From Utricularia gibba (Eukaryota > Plantae > Magnoliophyta), in the NCBI GenBank assembly GCA_002189035.1, contig CM007991.1:2914001-2978000 (forward strand): a stretch of DNA of 64,000 nt, read 5' to 3'. Positions 1 through 12,270 of the stretch are shown in pieces. Numbering within the stretch: position 1 is the first letter of the stretch; every line of letters begins with the position of its first letter. Position numbers and translations under genes: made by a program. The notes beneath the pieces were generated by a model that saw only the letters and a list, made by a program, of their open reading frames with translations, made no database searches and had not been told where the DNA came from.

Positions 1-68
1 GTACTTGTGATCATCATCATCAAAGATAACAGGGAACAACAGAAAATGATGAGATCCGTATCATCTTA

Positions 69-483
<415 letters not shown>

Positions 484-547
484 TCTTCCCCGGCTCAACA
501 GTTGTGGCTTCAGCGTCCCGCTGGCAACTGGTAAGCGTAGCATTGCT

Positions 548-555
548 TATTTATA
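548..555 (-). promoter_or_regulatory. TATA box of OPR
   Basis: TATAAATA on the minus strand, about 65 nt upstream of the OPR ATG. Confidence 0.6.
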
Positions 556-662
556 GGGAAGGGAAAATCTGTGGCAATTGAAATAGAGCGGAAGCAATCA
601 ATCGACATCAAGGCGTCAAGGCGACAAATTTTACCCGCAAGCTCATGACCCTATGTCAACTT

Positions 663-680
663 CTCGTCATTGATGACGTG
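663..680 (-). promoter_or_regulatory. as-1-like element (TGA factor site) upstream of OPR
   Basis: Minus strand CACGTCATCAATGACGAG: two TGACG half sites with 12-bp centre spacing, as in the as-1 consensus. Confidence 0.6.
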
Positions 681-2612
681 AGACTGAAGGTAAGTATAAC
701 GAATCCTACTGTTCACCCATTAAATTCCATTCAAAATCTTATAAATGAACACCAACAAAATCCTTGACAAACCAACATAAACAAGATTCTATCTTCAAAC
801 AACATTCTTCGTTCAAAATTCCTAACAAACGAATACGAATGCATTCGAGTAACGAACACGAACACTCCGAAGTATAATTCGTTACCTAACCCTAACTGCA
901 TGGAAGGGTAGGTGAAGACTCTATAGGGGCCTGGGCTCCAGAGTGTTATTATAAAAAGCCCATGCGTGTCTTTATTGGGCGTCATCATTAAATGGGCCTG
1001 GTGGCCATCTAAGGAAATCCAGGCCCATATATTTTGGGCTATAAATAACCTGGCCAGGGAAAAGAAGCCCTAGTCAATCAAATTGCCAAATTTGGGCAAC
1101 AAGCCGAAAACGACGTCGTCCGCCGTATCGAAAGTGGGTTTCGTTTCACACTTGGACCACAGTGGGGGAGGATGGAATGGTTTATGGTACGCAAGGCACT
1201 TCTACGTAAACTCCACCCCAAAGCGTTGTTCTACCTCAGCACGATCTTTCTTTCTACATTGAAACCTGTTGAAAACACGTATGGAAATTAAAAGGGGAAT
1301 CAAGGAGTGCATGTTGGTGATAATTGTGCTATGAATTTGTAGTTTGACATGCACCCCAGCGATAATCTGGTCCACCGTCATTAAAGAGGAGTCTCATTCT
1401 GTGGAGGCTGGAGTGGAATCTTTGAATCAGGTTTCCCCCTTTTACTGTCTAACCAATTGAAGCAAGCGCCATTAGCAAATGCGTACATAACTATTTGATT
1501 CACAGGCCACCCTCAGGATCACAGGATTGTGCGTTCTTTGTCTGTGAACAATGGCAAAAGCACAGTTATTTTTTCACTGTGGTGGCTACAAAAACTCTGC
1601 TACCATCTTCCGAAACCATGCATCACAGAAGAAACCGAAAAGATGTCTGGCAGTGAACTGAAGAAAGCCCTGATGATTTCTTCAACATATTCGATGTGAG
1701 TTTCATCAGATTAGTGTCAATCACTGGACCCAGATCCGTTTTCAGGTGCTGTGTGGTTTGAAAAAGATGAGAGAAGAAAGGAAAAAGGAACCTCACAATA
1801 TTTTCAGAAGAAAAATACAATGAGGAAAAAGGATGATTCTTTTGCTGTTTTAGGGATGGTTTTGTGTGCAGAGATTGCAGTGGTAGACACCCCACTTCTT
1901 CACGTTTGTTACTTATGCGGAAATGGATTTGCCAGCTTCTGTATTTCTCTTTAATTCTTATACAGACAAAGTTATTGGGATGCCCATGTATGTTAGATGG
2001 TAGGCATCATCCCACTTCTTCTGTATTTGTTGGAGAGCCTGAATTAAAAGGGCAACTTAGAAAGGATTGTCAGGAATTGGTGTAGCTTTTGGGAATCTCT
2101 GGTAAATGGCAATATCTGCCCAAGAAGAAGGGTTTCCTTATTTCTGAAGGGGTTTTTTTTCTAGTTTTCTGTTCATGTACCAGTTGGCACTGTTCTTAAT
2201 GCTTTGTTTTCTTCTTCTTCCCAAGACTTGAGCAAGCTTAGGATCGGATTTACAGATCCGATGCAATAGTTTTTTTTTAGTAGTATTAAAGATGCCTTCT
2301 TCCCTCTTTCTTCTTCTGTCCTGAGCTTGGATCCTCATGGAAATGCTTCACTTTCTGGGTTTGTTTAAGGTTTTTTCTACACAAGAGTTGAGCAAAGAGG
2401 GAACAAACTGAAAACACTATGTGGATTGGTCTTATGTTTTTGTCCTCATGGCTTTGAAACGATAGAATCTTTAGGTTATATACACTTCTAGGGTTTTGTT
2501 TTAGCTTGATGAACTGTAGATCTATGGCTTCCAAGTCCAATTAGCCCTAATACATATGCTTTTCTTTCAATCCAAGTTTATGATATCCTGTGCTGATGAC
2601 TAGATTTAGAAG

Positions 2613-4236
2613 ATGGGAAGAGGAAAGATTGAGATCAAGAGGATCGAAAACAACACAAACCGGCAGGTAACCTTTTGCAAGAGAAGAAATGGGCTGCTGA
2701 AGAAAGCTTATGAACTTTCAGTTCTATGCGATGCCGAGGTTGCAGTCATCGTTTTCTCCAACCGGGGTCGACTCTACCAGTTTCCGCTAGACAGTAGGTA
2801 ATCAATCAGCCTTCCGTAGTTCTTGTACGATTCACGCACTTTTGCTAGGCATGCAGCAACCTTTATATGCACTAAATGAGAACTCTTCCGACAAGAAACC
2901 TCTGGTTGGAAATGCCATGATGCGGATCAAAACACCATCCCTCCATATCTATCTGCTGGTTTCAGTGTAGACTGATTAATTATTGTGCTTTGCTTTGCTG
3001 GTTATGCTTCCAACAGTTTCCAATGTCAGCTCTTGTGCTTTCTTAGTGAAAAGTGGTGTACTCCGCATCTCTTTGTTATGCTTCAATTCCCACTTCAGTA
3101 TTTTTCCACTTTCCAACAAGCAGATTGATTATGTTTAAGTGTTTTGAAGCTAAGACTCCAGGGTTTTTCTCTTGTTTTAAATCCTGTTTTGTTTTAAGAA
3201 AGTGTTGAGGACTTTCATTGCATTAGCTGTCCTGGTAGCTCTAGTTTGTACATGTAGATGGATAATATTTGACAAGTCATCACCTTAACGATGCAGAAGT
3301 GTGAAAGAAACAATAGAGAGATACAAGATTAAGAAGAGAGAAGATCAGGAGACTCCTAATGTCCCTCATGAGATCAGAGCTGAAGTAAGATGAATGAGAC
3401 AAGTCATTTGCTTTCTACAGCTGATTCCCATTGCAGTAACATGAACGAATATTCAATTGCTTTCGTATGACATCGCAGCAATATCAGCAGGAATGTAAGA
3501 AGCTTCGTCAGCAGATACAAATGCTTCAAGATGCCAACAGGTAAACAGTCCTAGTTGTTTTAGAATACAATCACATGTGTTATATAGCTTGGTGATGATT
3601 GGAATACAGGCACCTCTTAGGTGAAGGCTTGGGATCACTGAACGTGAAGGAGATGAAGCAACTGGAGTCCAGGCTTGAAAGAGGCATATCGAAGATAAGG
3701 AACAGAAAGGTAATGAAGGTACTGTGTTTCTCGTACAAATGATAGTTTACTCACAAGATGAGCATTCTCGTGCAGCATGAGATGATTCTTGCTGAGACGG
3801 ATGGCTTAGAGAAAAGGGTATCCTCCACGCATCAAACTCTTCTGCAGCCAAGCGTTCAATATTTTGATCTTCGTTTTGTTTCTGCAGGGAGTTCTGTTGG
3901 AGCAAGAGAACGCCTACATGAGAGCAAAGGTTAAAAAATCAACTCCAACCTCACAGCAACATTCAGATCACATCTCTAAGTTATTTCCCTTTGACTCAGA
4001 TACAAGAAAATGAGAGGCTCCAGGAGCTGAGCATGATGCCACCAGGAGCAGAGCTGAGCATGATGCCTGGAGCAGGGCCTGAGCTGAACATGATGATGCC
4101 CAACGGCCAGGAGTTGGCATTGCAGGCTTACTACACTAGACACCTGCTCCAGTTCAATGTGATGGAAGGGGTATCCTCTGAGGCGGATTACATCGTCCAG
4201 AACAAGAAGGATCTTCGTCTCGGGTACGACTACTAG
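2613..4236 (+). CDS. AGL11: MIKC MADS-box transcription factor, AGAMOUS subfamily D lineage (AGL11/STK/FBP11-like)
   Basis: MADS exon 2613-2797, then exons 3297-3384, 3479-3540, 3610-3709, 3776-3817, 3888-3929, 4000-4236 (62/100/42/42 nt K-box exons). [27 protein letters not shown] marks the AG clade. No N-terminal extension. [24 protein letters not shown] and the terminal KKDLRLG match D-lineage proteins. Confidence 0.9.
4024..4110 (+). repeat. three in-frame imperfect tandem copies (27, 30, 30 bp) of GAGCTGARCATGATG in the AGL11 last exon
   Basis: Units start at 4024, 4051 and 4081 and encode ELSMMPPGA / [10 protein letters not shown] / [10 protein letters not shown]. Confidence 0.85.
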
Positions 4237-4296
4237 CTGGGTTTTGACAAGATCAGACGGAAGATGAATAAGGGGGTTGGTTGGTTCCAATGTTGC

Positions 4297-4312
4297 TATC
4301 TATCTATCTATC
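4297..4312 (+). repeat. (TATC)4 microsatellite
   Basis: tatctatctatctatc just 3' of AGL11. Confidence 0.8.
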
Positions 4313-5059
4313 GAATTACCCGTATTTGCTACAACACACGGCGTTTGCAGTGCAGCATCAAGTTCCTCTTCTTCTTTTCCTTTTTCTGAGAGATGGGGGA
4401 CTCTTTCGTGATTCCTTCCTCTCAGAATCTCCTTCTTCCTCCGACGCTGACACATTGAGAACGTGGAACTATGGATATTATTCATATTTTATTAAAAAAA
4501 TAGGGTCTGGGAGCCACGTGCCAACGCCCGAAACTCCCCACCAAACAAAAACGTTTATAATAAATATTATATGCTTTTTTTGTGGTTATTATTTTTCCTT
4601 ATTTTTTTGTTAAATAAAAACTCAATCTATACAAATTAGTATTTTATTCCAATATAATAATAAAAAACCACACCTTACAAAAATCAATGACATGGGTAAA
4701 ATGTTTAATGCAATTGTTTTTTTCTTTAACCATGGATTGTCAATTTATTATGTAAAAATAAATTTCATATATTTTTTAATTTTTTTAAAATTTATTGAAT
4801 TTAACCCTTACCGGTCTACTTCTTAGGAGTTAAGCATCATTAGCGTTGAGAGATGAATGGCGTTGACTTGACGGTCGTTGCATTGAAGCGTTGGTGTGGG
4901 CGGCCCGCCTGCACCTAATGTTTTAGTTGAACACGTCTCGTGTTTCTACTCCGCGTGCTTGGGAGGAAGGGGCGCGCGTCGTAGGATTGAACGCCCCCGC
5001 CACCCCAGGACCTGTCTATTTAACAATTGGAGGAAGGAGATCATTAGGGATTCTAAATC

Positions 5060-6341
5060 ATGGGCAGCGTAGGAGGAATGGTCGCGCCGGCCCAGGGAAA
5101 GGTGAGGCTGCTGTGCCTCCATGGCTTCCGAACCAGCGGCCAAATCATGAAGAAACAGATTACCCAGAAATGGGCACCAGAGGTGCTGGAGAAGCTGGAT
5201 CTTGTCTTCCCGGATGCTCCCTTTGCGAGCCGTGGCAGATCTGAAGTGGAGGGAATCTTCGATCCTCCTTACTATGAATGGTTCCAGTTCAACAAGGTGC
5301 TGCATGTGGCCTACTTTTTACACAGGCTCCAGAGGTTGAACTCAATAGGGGGTTTTTTTCTTTCCTTTTTGTTTCCAGGAGTTCACGGGGTATGAGAATC
5401 TGGAGGAGTGTTTTGCGTACATCGAAGAGTTGATGATCAAGCATGGCCCCTTTGATGGTCTCATGGGATTTTCTCAGGCATGAATCGTCCATGCGTAAAA
5501 TAACTTGCAGCTGCTTCTCATGGTGCTTATTTGACCTAAGCATTCTGGCTTGTTGCAGGGAGCAATCTTGTCCGCTGCATTACCTGGATTGCAGTCAAAG
5601 GTATGTATGCTTCTTCAACTTGGGTCGGATTTGACCTGCAAACTATGCAAATCATGAAACAAAACGTGTTAGCCACCAATTCCAGAAACAAGCGCCGTTG
5701 TGTCACTTCCCTTCGATCTGCTTGCTGCTTCTCGTGAGTTGAAATCCTTTCACCTTTTAGGGAGTGGCTCTCACTAGAGTGCCCAAGATCAAGGTGGTTG
5801 TGATCATCTCCGGAGCCAAGTTCCGAAGTCCGTCACTGGCTGAAGATGCATATCCTTCCCCAATTGATTGCCCTTCTATTCACTTCCTGGGTATTGCTTT
5901 CCATCCTGGTCTAGAGCAGCAGCTCATAAGGGGGAAAGGGTGTTCATCCTTTTGATTTTGTTAAACAGGGGATCAGGACTTTTTGAAGAATCCTGGAACT
6001 GAACTGCTCAGCTCATACGTGGATCCGGTGGTCATCCATCATCCAAGGGGTCACACTGTGCCAAGATTTGGTAAATCTTACGCTCTCCTCAACTTTCAAG
6101 AATTCCTCAAGTTTAACCATATCTTACCACTTTCAAATCCTCAGATGAGAATGGCTTGAGCAAAACTTTAACTTTCTTTCAAACACTGATTGACAACGCT
6201 GATGGGGATAACCACGAAGCATATCAGACACTGCTTAAGGACGTCCAGGAGGATAAGCAAGAGACATATCAGGCTCTGCTTAAGGACGCCAAGGAGGATA
6301 AGCAGGAAGCATTTTTAAGTAGGATTCCTGCTGCATCCTAG
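5060..6341 (+). CDS. serine hydrolase FSH1/OVCA2 family (alpha/beta hydrolase)
   Basis: Motifs LCLHGFRTSG, DAPF, YYEWFQFNK, GPFDGLMGFSQG (nucleophile elbow split by an intron) and HPRGHTVP. Six exons with introns of about 80-160 nt; stop at 6339-6341. Confidence 0.9.
6216..6312 (+). repeat. 45-bp in-frame tandem duplication (2 copies plus a partial copy) in the hydrolase last exon
   Basis: 6216-6260 and 6261-6305 encode EAYQTLLKDVQEDKQ / ETYQALLKDAKEDKQ. Confidence 0.85.
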
Positions 6342-6570
6342 CCCAAGCACGAAATACTGCTTTTACCTGTTCGCAGTTACTGTAGAAATAAGGAACAATA
6401 ATTTAATACAGTAGGGCATCACAACTTTGCAATTTTATGTAACATGCATATCATATGATGAATTTGCGGGAAAGAACACTTGCATCTCTCTACTATTTTA
6501 ATATCCATGGAAACAGTTCTACTCAAAATTTTAGATCGTCAAGCATTTGCAAGAAGGCGACATATATAAA

Positions 6571-9500
6571 TCAGCATCTTTCGAAGATCTTATAGAGTTT
6601 TTCCAGAGAAGCGACCTGAAAATCCAAACTTACAGCTTTCAGTAAAGTTATGGATGTCACCGCCGAGGAATGAAGAAAATGGAAGGGTTACCTTGATAAA
6701 TGTTCCATTTGTGGCCATTGAAGACGGTGGTTTGAGAAAAAGTCTCATGGAGGGGAAGAGGACATGCTGAATTGACCACTCACGCTGGGCCCAAGCATTC
6801 TCAGCCTCGGAAATAAGCTCTTGGTCGAATTCTTTGCTTGCATTCTCTGATTCCCAACATAACAATGTTCAAAGGGACAAAAAGAAGAGATGCCGCACAT
6901 GATTACATTCACGCGTTTATCACTGGCAGCGTACCGGAGCCTTCCGAGTCAATTAGCTTATCAGAACTTCCACCCGGCAGTTTCCTGTAGAACTGCAATC
7001 CAGCGCCTGACGGATTAGGCAACATTGGAGGATGAAAAGCGTAGAAGTTCCCAATAGCAGCAGCAATTGTCTGAAAACACATTTTTTCATCTGCCCAGTT
7101 GACCTTCAGAAAAAAAAAAAAAAACCTCACTTCATACAATTTTATTTTTTGGAAAAACTGCAGCATGGATAAGGGGACATCTAGAACTCACATCATTTCC
7201 CAAACAAAGAATGAACTCCGGGAGGCGGTCCATATCAGGAGTATATTGATCAAGCACGATGGGTAGCCTGGTTAAGTTACCATTTGGATCGATATGAATA
7301 GCAAAATACTCTTCCAGCATCTGAGCTTTCTGTTTTAGTAGTTCAGTATTCATCTATAAAACATCACGAAGAAACACACAGTCTGTTAAAAAAGCATTTA
7401 TATGTAGAGCCCCTTACCACACATCAACAGTCATGTAATAATGCAGATTTAAGAGCAGGAGTTTTGCATTGGATTTTTTTAGAACAGCTATTACCTCTGA
7501 AATTTTTTCCTTCAGTCCATCATTGTCGTCAGATCCTGGATTTAGATCTTCCTCCTTCAATGCAAGCATAATTAACTCTGGCAGTGGTGCAGCTTCGCTT
7601 AATTGGATTGCACAAAAATGCGCAAAACGCCTAATCACTTGCTGGTACATCAGCTCCTTGCTATCATAGATGCAGAGAGAATAAGGTGATGACAGGATAA
7701 TTACACAGTCAACAAATTAAGTAACCTGAAAAAACTCAGACGGCCACCTTAAATTCACCACATTAGCGAGATAAAGATGTGTCTTATGTTGTAGAAGAGC
7801 AAAAGAGTCATCTGCCATACCAATATATGAGCAGTGCCCTACGATGTCCAGCAACTCTAGGACATAATGACCTAAAAATGTCACACGACAGTTGGGTGAA
7901 AAAATTACAAAAACGCCTTTATTATTCACACCTGAATGGCAGCAGGAATCGATTTCATCAATAAGTTCCTGAATGCTTGTTAGATCAGCGGTTTCCTTGG
8001 GGTTTCTCCTTTGTCTAACTGAAGACCTTGTGTTGTGGAATAAAAGAGTGAGAAATGGGCATGCCAAAAGTCTCTCAACATAATAAATCAACGTAAAAAT
8101 TCATTCAGAAGAACCAAATATTTTTGCTTGTAATTATTTTGAAAGGACAATAACACAAGCCAATCCTTATGTTACACATGTACGGCAATTACCTGACAGC
8201 AGCCAAGTTCAGACCTCCTTGAATTTTGGTAGAGGCAGTACTAGGCAAATAAGCATGAAGTCTTCCTGCCGGGTCCTGAGAATCTGTCCTGACCAGTTTA
8301 TGCACAGGAACTTTCTGAGACTTGGAGCCTACAGAAAGAATCATGTCATAAGGTTAAAGACTCAACCAGCATAGTGTGCATAACAAGTAAAACATGGAGC
8401 ATTATGCACTTCACAAACCAGAAGACAAAGGACAACTGGGAGAACTTCTGCTAGGAGGCACAGATACAGGCGGAGAAAGATCAATCCTCTGCAAAGACAA
8501 GCAATGTTGATGTCAAAGACCAAAACCGAGCTCAAGACGCAGTAAATTCAGATTAATCATCAGTTCGTAAAGAATCGATAACATTTTTTAAACATCAAAA
8601 AAGATCTCAAGTTTTTGGCAGATTCACATCATGGTGGGCGCTTATCAGGTACCTGTTCTTGAAATGCACGGGACTCATTGGAATATCTAAGCTTGGACTC
8701 TATTAGAGACTGTATCTTCTCAACTATAACTTCTTGGTTCAGGAACCTAACCTGTAAAAGTGAAGATAAATGCAATATAATTAGAAAGCGCCTTACTGGT
8801 TTCTAATTTTGGACTGAATTATGTAGGCACCTCTCTCTTTGTCGGGTGCACATTCACATCAATATTCTCTGGAGGCAACTTGATTGACATATAGACAAAA
8901 GGTTTAGAAGCCTTGGGCAACGTTGCAGCATAAACAATCTCAATTGCCCTCTTCAGGGCACTGCACTCAACCAGTCTATCTGAAATGCGAATATTAATTC
9001 CAGAAAAAACTACGAAGGTCCAATGAGCATTAAATTCCAATATATTACCGAAGATCAAGAAGGAAGAAAATCCATACCGTTTATGAACAATATCATACTT
9101 ATCTTCTTCGCAATGTAATTAGAAGTTGATATAAAACCATCCATTTTGAAGTTTAGGCTCGAAGAATCATCGTGCGAAGCTTCTATCTTCATCAGATTCT
9201 GCGCCACTGACGCACCATAGACAGACTTGATTGCCTGAAGCTGGGAAGACGTAGCAACAGATTGAACATCTGGTCTAGCCGCCCCATGCTGTGGGAGAAA
9301 TGGAGTGAATTACAGGAATATCGCAGGCCAAAATAGGGATATTTTTTTACCAAGTGGAAACTCATTTACCTTTCTGCAAGAGAAATTTATGTTTATGTGG
9401 TGAATGGCAAACCTGCATATCAAGTCCACTATCTTTGGATAATCATCAGCAGCATTCTCAAGTGCCTTCTTTCGAGCAGCCATGTTATAGAATAAATTTT

Positions 9501-10349
9501 CAATCTACAAAGCACAAGAAAAGCCCATACTAGGTAGTGTAACGCTTAGTCTAGGAGAAAGCATGGCATGAGATGCATACCATTATTTGAGTACCTTTAA
9601 CAGCTGCACATGGTTTTGGTTCATTCTCTAATACACCATCTCGATAGGTGGCCCTAGAATTTTTTTTTTTTTTTGACACATAAAAACTATATTTCATGTT
9701 CATCTGCAGAAACGAAAAGATTCCAAAAAAACACCGAAGTGCTGAAGTTTCCTCAAGGAGACCATGACCTGTGGTTAAAGAAGAATAGAAAGAATTTACG
9801 ACAATCAAGTAACCGCATTAGCACCTGTAACCATGCAAATGCCCCTTGGTAATGGTGGTGACTGTAACGTGACCGACATAAGTCATACTTGCCAACGCCT
9901 CTCCTCTGAATCCCATAGAACTGATACTTTGTAAATCTTCAAATTTAGTTAGCTTAGAAGTCGTATGCCTTTCGCATAGTATGGGCAGATCTTCACGCTA
10001 CACAGCCATTATGACAAAAAATAAATACACAAAAAAAAAAGAGTTCTGGAAGACTGTAGTAGCGAGTAAGGGAAAGGGCAAATACTCGAATTCCGTGACC
10101 ATCGTCGGAAACCTGGATTAGTTTCAGTCCTCCGTCTTTAATCAAGACGGATATGGAGGTGGAATCCGCGTCGATACTGTTCTCGATGAGCTCTTTAACG
10201 GCAGATACCGGCCGTTGAATGACCTCACCGGCGGCGATCCTGTTCACCACCGCTTCCTCGAGGCGGTGGATTTTTGGCGGATCCCTCGGAATCCTAGGAA
10301 GAAGTTCATCAGTCTCCATTTGGTCAGGGTTTTCATTTCCCACTTCCAT
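6571..10349 (-). CDS. MLH1: DNA mismatch repair protein MLH1
   Basis: Motifs [60 protein letters not shown]-type linker and the C-terminal KIFERC stop. About 16 exons traced with consistent phases and no lesion found. Confidence 0.96.
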
Positions 10350-10405
10350 ACGTTAAACCCTGCGCGGCTGTGAAACTGCGGGTAGCAGAGAATTTCCTCC
10401 GGCAG

Positions 10406-10413
10406 ATTGGCGC
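10406..10413 (+). promoter_or_regulatory. E2F-like site in the MLH1 promoter
   Basis: ATTGGCGC fits WTTSSCSS and lies about 57 nt upstream of the MLH1 ATG. Confidence 0.4.
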
Positions 10414-10972
10414 GAACGGGTTCCAGAAACATAGTATAGACAAGATATAAATAATATAAAAATGAAATGCCATTTTTCTTTTGAGGAAATAATAATTATT
10501 ACAAAGAGTAATTTTTAGTGCATTGGGTCAATCGAAAAACAATATCCAGAAATTATTACAGTCCTTCCTTCTTGTCCACTGAGTGGAGACTCAGAACTAG
10601 GAGGCAGGAGCCACCTTGTCCATAACAGAAAAAGGAACTAACGCCTTGGATGCAGTTTCAACTTCCTCCCCGATCTGCAAAGAGGGGAACAAGATTCTTT
10701 AACAAGGTTTGCTACTGCAGAAATGATGATGAAGCACAAGGACCCAATGACTTATCTATGGAAAACAGTGAAACATAAAGAGTTTCTCTGGAGTAACATG
10801 AACTGAGCTCAGAAGGGGATGGATTTCATTCACACGAGTCCAAAGACAAATCATAAATTCAAACAACCCAAACAGAAGTTTTTTTTTCCCCGGTGAGGAT
10901 GCATAGACTCTGTAACTTGGCAATGTAGCCCATAAAGTGGAAGAGATACTGATCACCTTAGAAACACAGCGG

Positions 10973-11557
10973 CTAAGGAGTATTGCCATTCGATTTGGAT
11001 CTAGATCCTCCAAACTTGTGGGAACATTCTGAATAGGCAGAACCAAAGCCGACCCCAGCACCAAAAGCTATGGAAGCCCAACGCGTCACCGGACTTCCTG
11101 CCATGAGAACAGAGTTCATTGATACTAATGAAAAAAATACATCATGTTCTAAATAGAACAAAAGCCATCAACAGTGACTATTATCAACTTCTGTTCAATA
11201 CAATAAGAATCCAATTAAGAATACAAACATCCAATTTTGTACCATATTGTGTTACACATCCAAAGGAATGGTAGCAGTGAAGCCAGCCGATGGAGCAAGA
11301 AAATAAATAGAAAAAACCCAAATCTTCATCCCCATTACAACACCAGTCTCCGAAAGGAACAACAACACCCGAAGAATAATATTATATTTCGCAAGAATAA
11401 CACGATTTCAAATGCACTCACGAAAAATAAGAAGTCCCGTGAAGGCGCCGGCCAACGACGAGTAAACGACGCGACGAGTGCCTAGATCAAGGCAGGCATC
11501 CCACTTCAGGCTCATATCGTAGTCGGCTGGAATATTGGCTTCCTTCTCCTCCACCAT
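10973..11557 (-). CDS. MIC10: MICOS complex subunit MIC10
   Basis: Exon 1 (MVEEKEANIPADYDMSLKWDACLDLGTRRVVYSSLAGAFTGLLIF) and exon 2 (RSPVTRWASIAFGAGVGFGSAYSECSHKFGG) carry the glycine-rich TM motifs of MIC10. Confidence 0.9.
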
Positions 11558-12270
11558 TATGCAATTTCTTTATCAAGCACAGCAGCCGATTTTTTGTGAT
11601 TTCACCCCGAGGGTTCCGCGCTTCTTCGTCCCCCCTGTATTTTCCGGGTTCTTCTTCCAATTCTCCGGTGATAAATTCCTCTTATATTTGGGCCTAATTG
11701 GATTTTTTCGGCCCATCTAGCACTAAAACCATTTGCCCAATAAACGGCCCATTAATTACTGCACAAGAATCGTATCATCTAGAGAATAAACTCCACCAGG
11801 CGGCCCCACAACGAACACGTGTACAAGACTGAAGGGGGCCGTGCGTGGGCCCCAAAACATCGATGAACCCCCATGTGCCGCCGCATATCGGGCCGAATCA
11901 GCGACCGGGGTGCCGGCAACATGCTGTGAGCTGACCGGACCTTTCCCGAGTCCCGACAGGTCTCTGGCACCGGCAATAGAAGCCTCTCACATCGTACGCT
12001 GTGTGTTGTAGTAGTGTTCATTTCAAAATTTGAATCCTCCATGTGTGTAAAAATTCCATCTTTTTCACTTCGCTTTCTTGTGGATGCAGTCATTTTCTAC
12101 AATGTTACCAAACATTTATTACCGAGCAAGCGGCAGAGAGAGAGCAAGGGCCACCATTGGCTGACGACATTTTCAAGCAAACAGCAAGAATTTACAGTCT
12201 GTGTCCTGTCGATAACCAAAGCAGCAAGAACTGGGTAATGCCAAAGAATATCTGCGTTGCGTGACGCATT

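Noticed and set aside
3280-3830. U12-type signals in AGL11 (CCTTAAC near the intron 1 acceptor; GTATCCTC donor of intron 5)
   Set aside because: The two signals are in different introns. Intron 1 has a U2-type donor, and intron 5 has no U12 branch site.
4222-4350. Possible extra intron at the last codon of AG motif II (GG|GTACGA ... TTTGCAG), as in C-lineage genes
   Set aside because: The unspliced frame closes naturally three codons later, the donor is weak, and the protein is D-lineage in all other respects. Only cDNA could rescue this.
10677-10975. Possible MIC10 frameshift linking to a downstream exon (SK|IGEE) via a donor 16 nt after the stop
   Set aside because: No base run or conserved residues locate a frame break. 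A harmless 3' UTR intron close to the stop explains it equally well.
11985-11994. USE-like TCTCACATCG (also TCCCACATCT on the minus strand at 19956-19965), suggesting an snRNA, 7SL or telomerase RNA promoter
   Set aside because: Neither has a TATA box at the Pol II or Pol III spacing, and no recognisable snRNA, MRP, U3, 7SL or telomere-template sequence follows.
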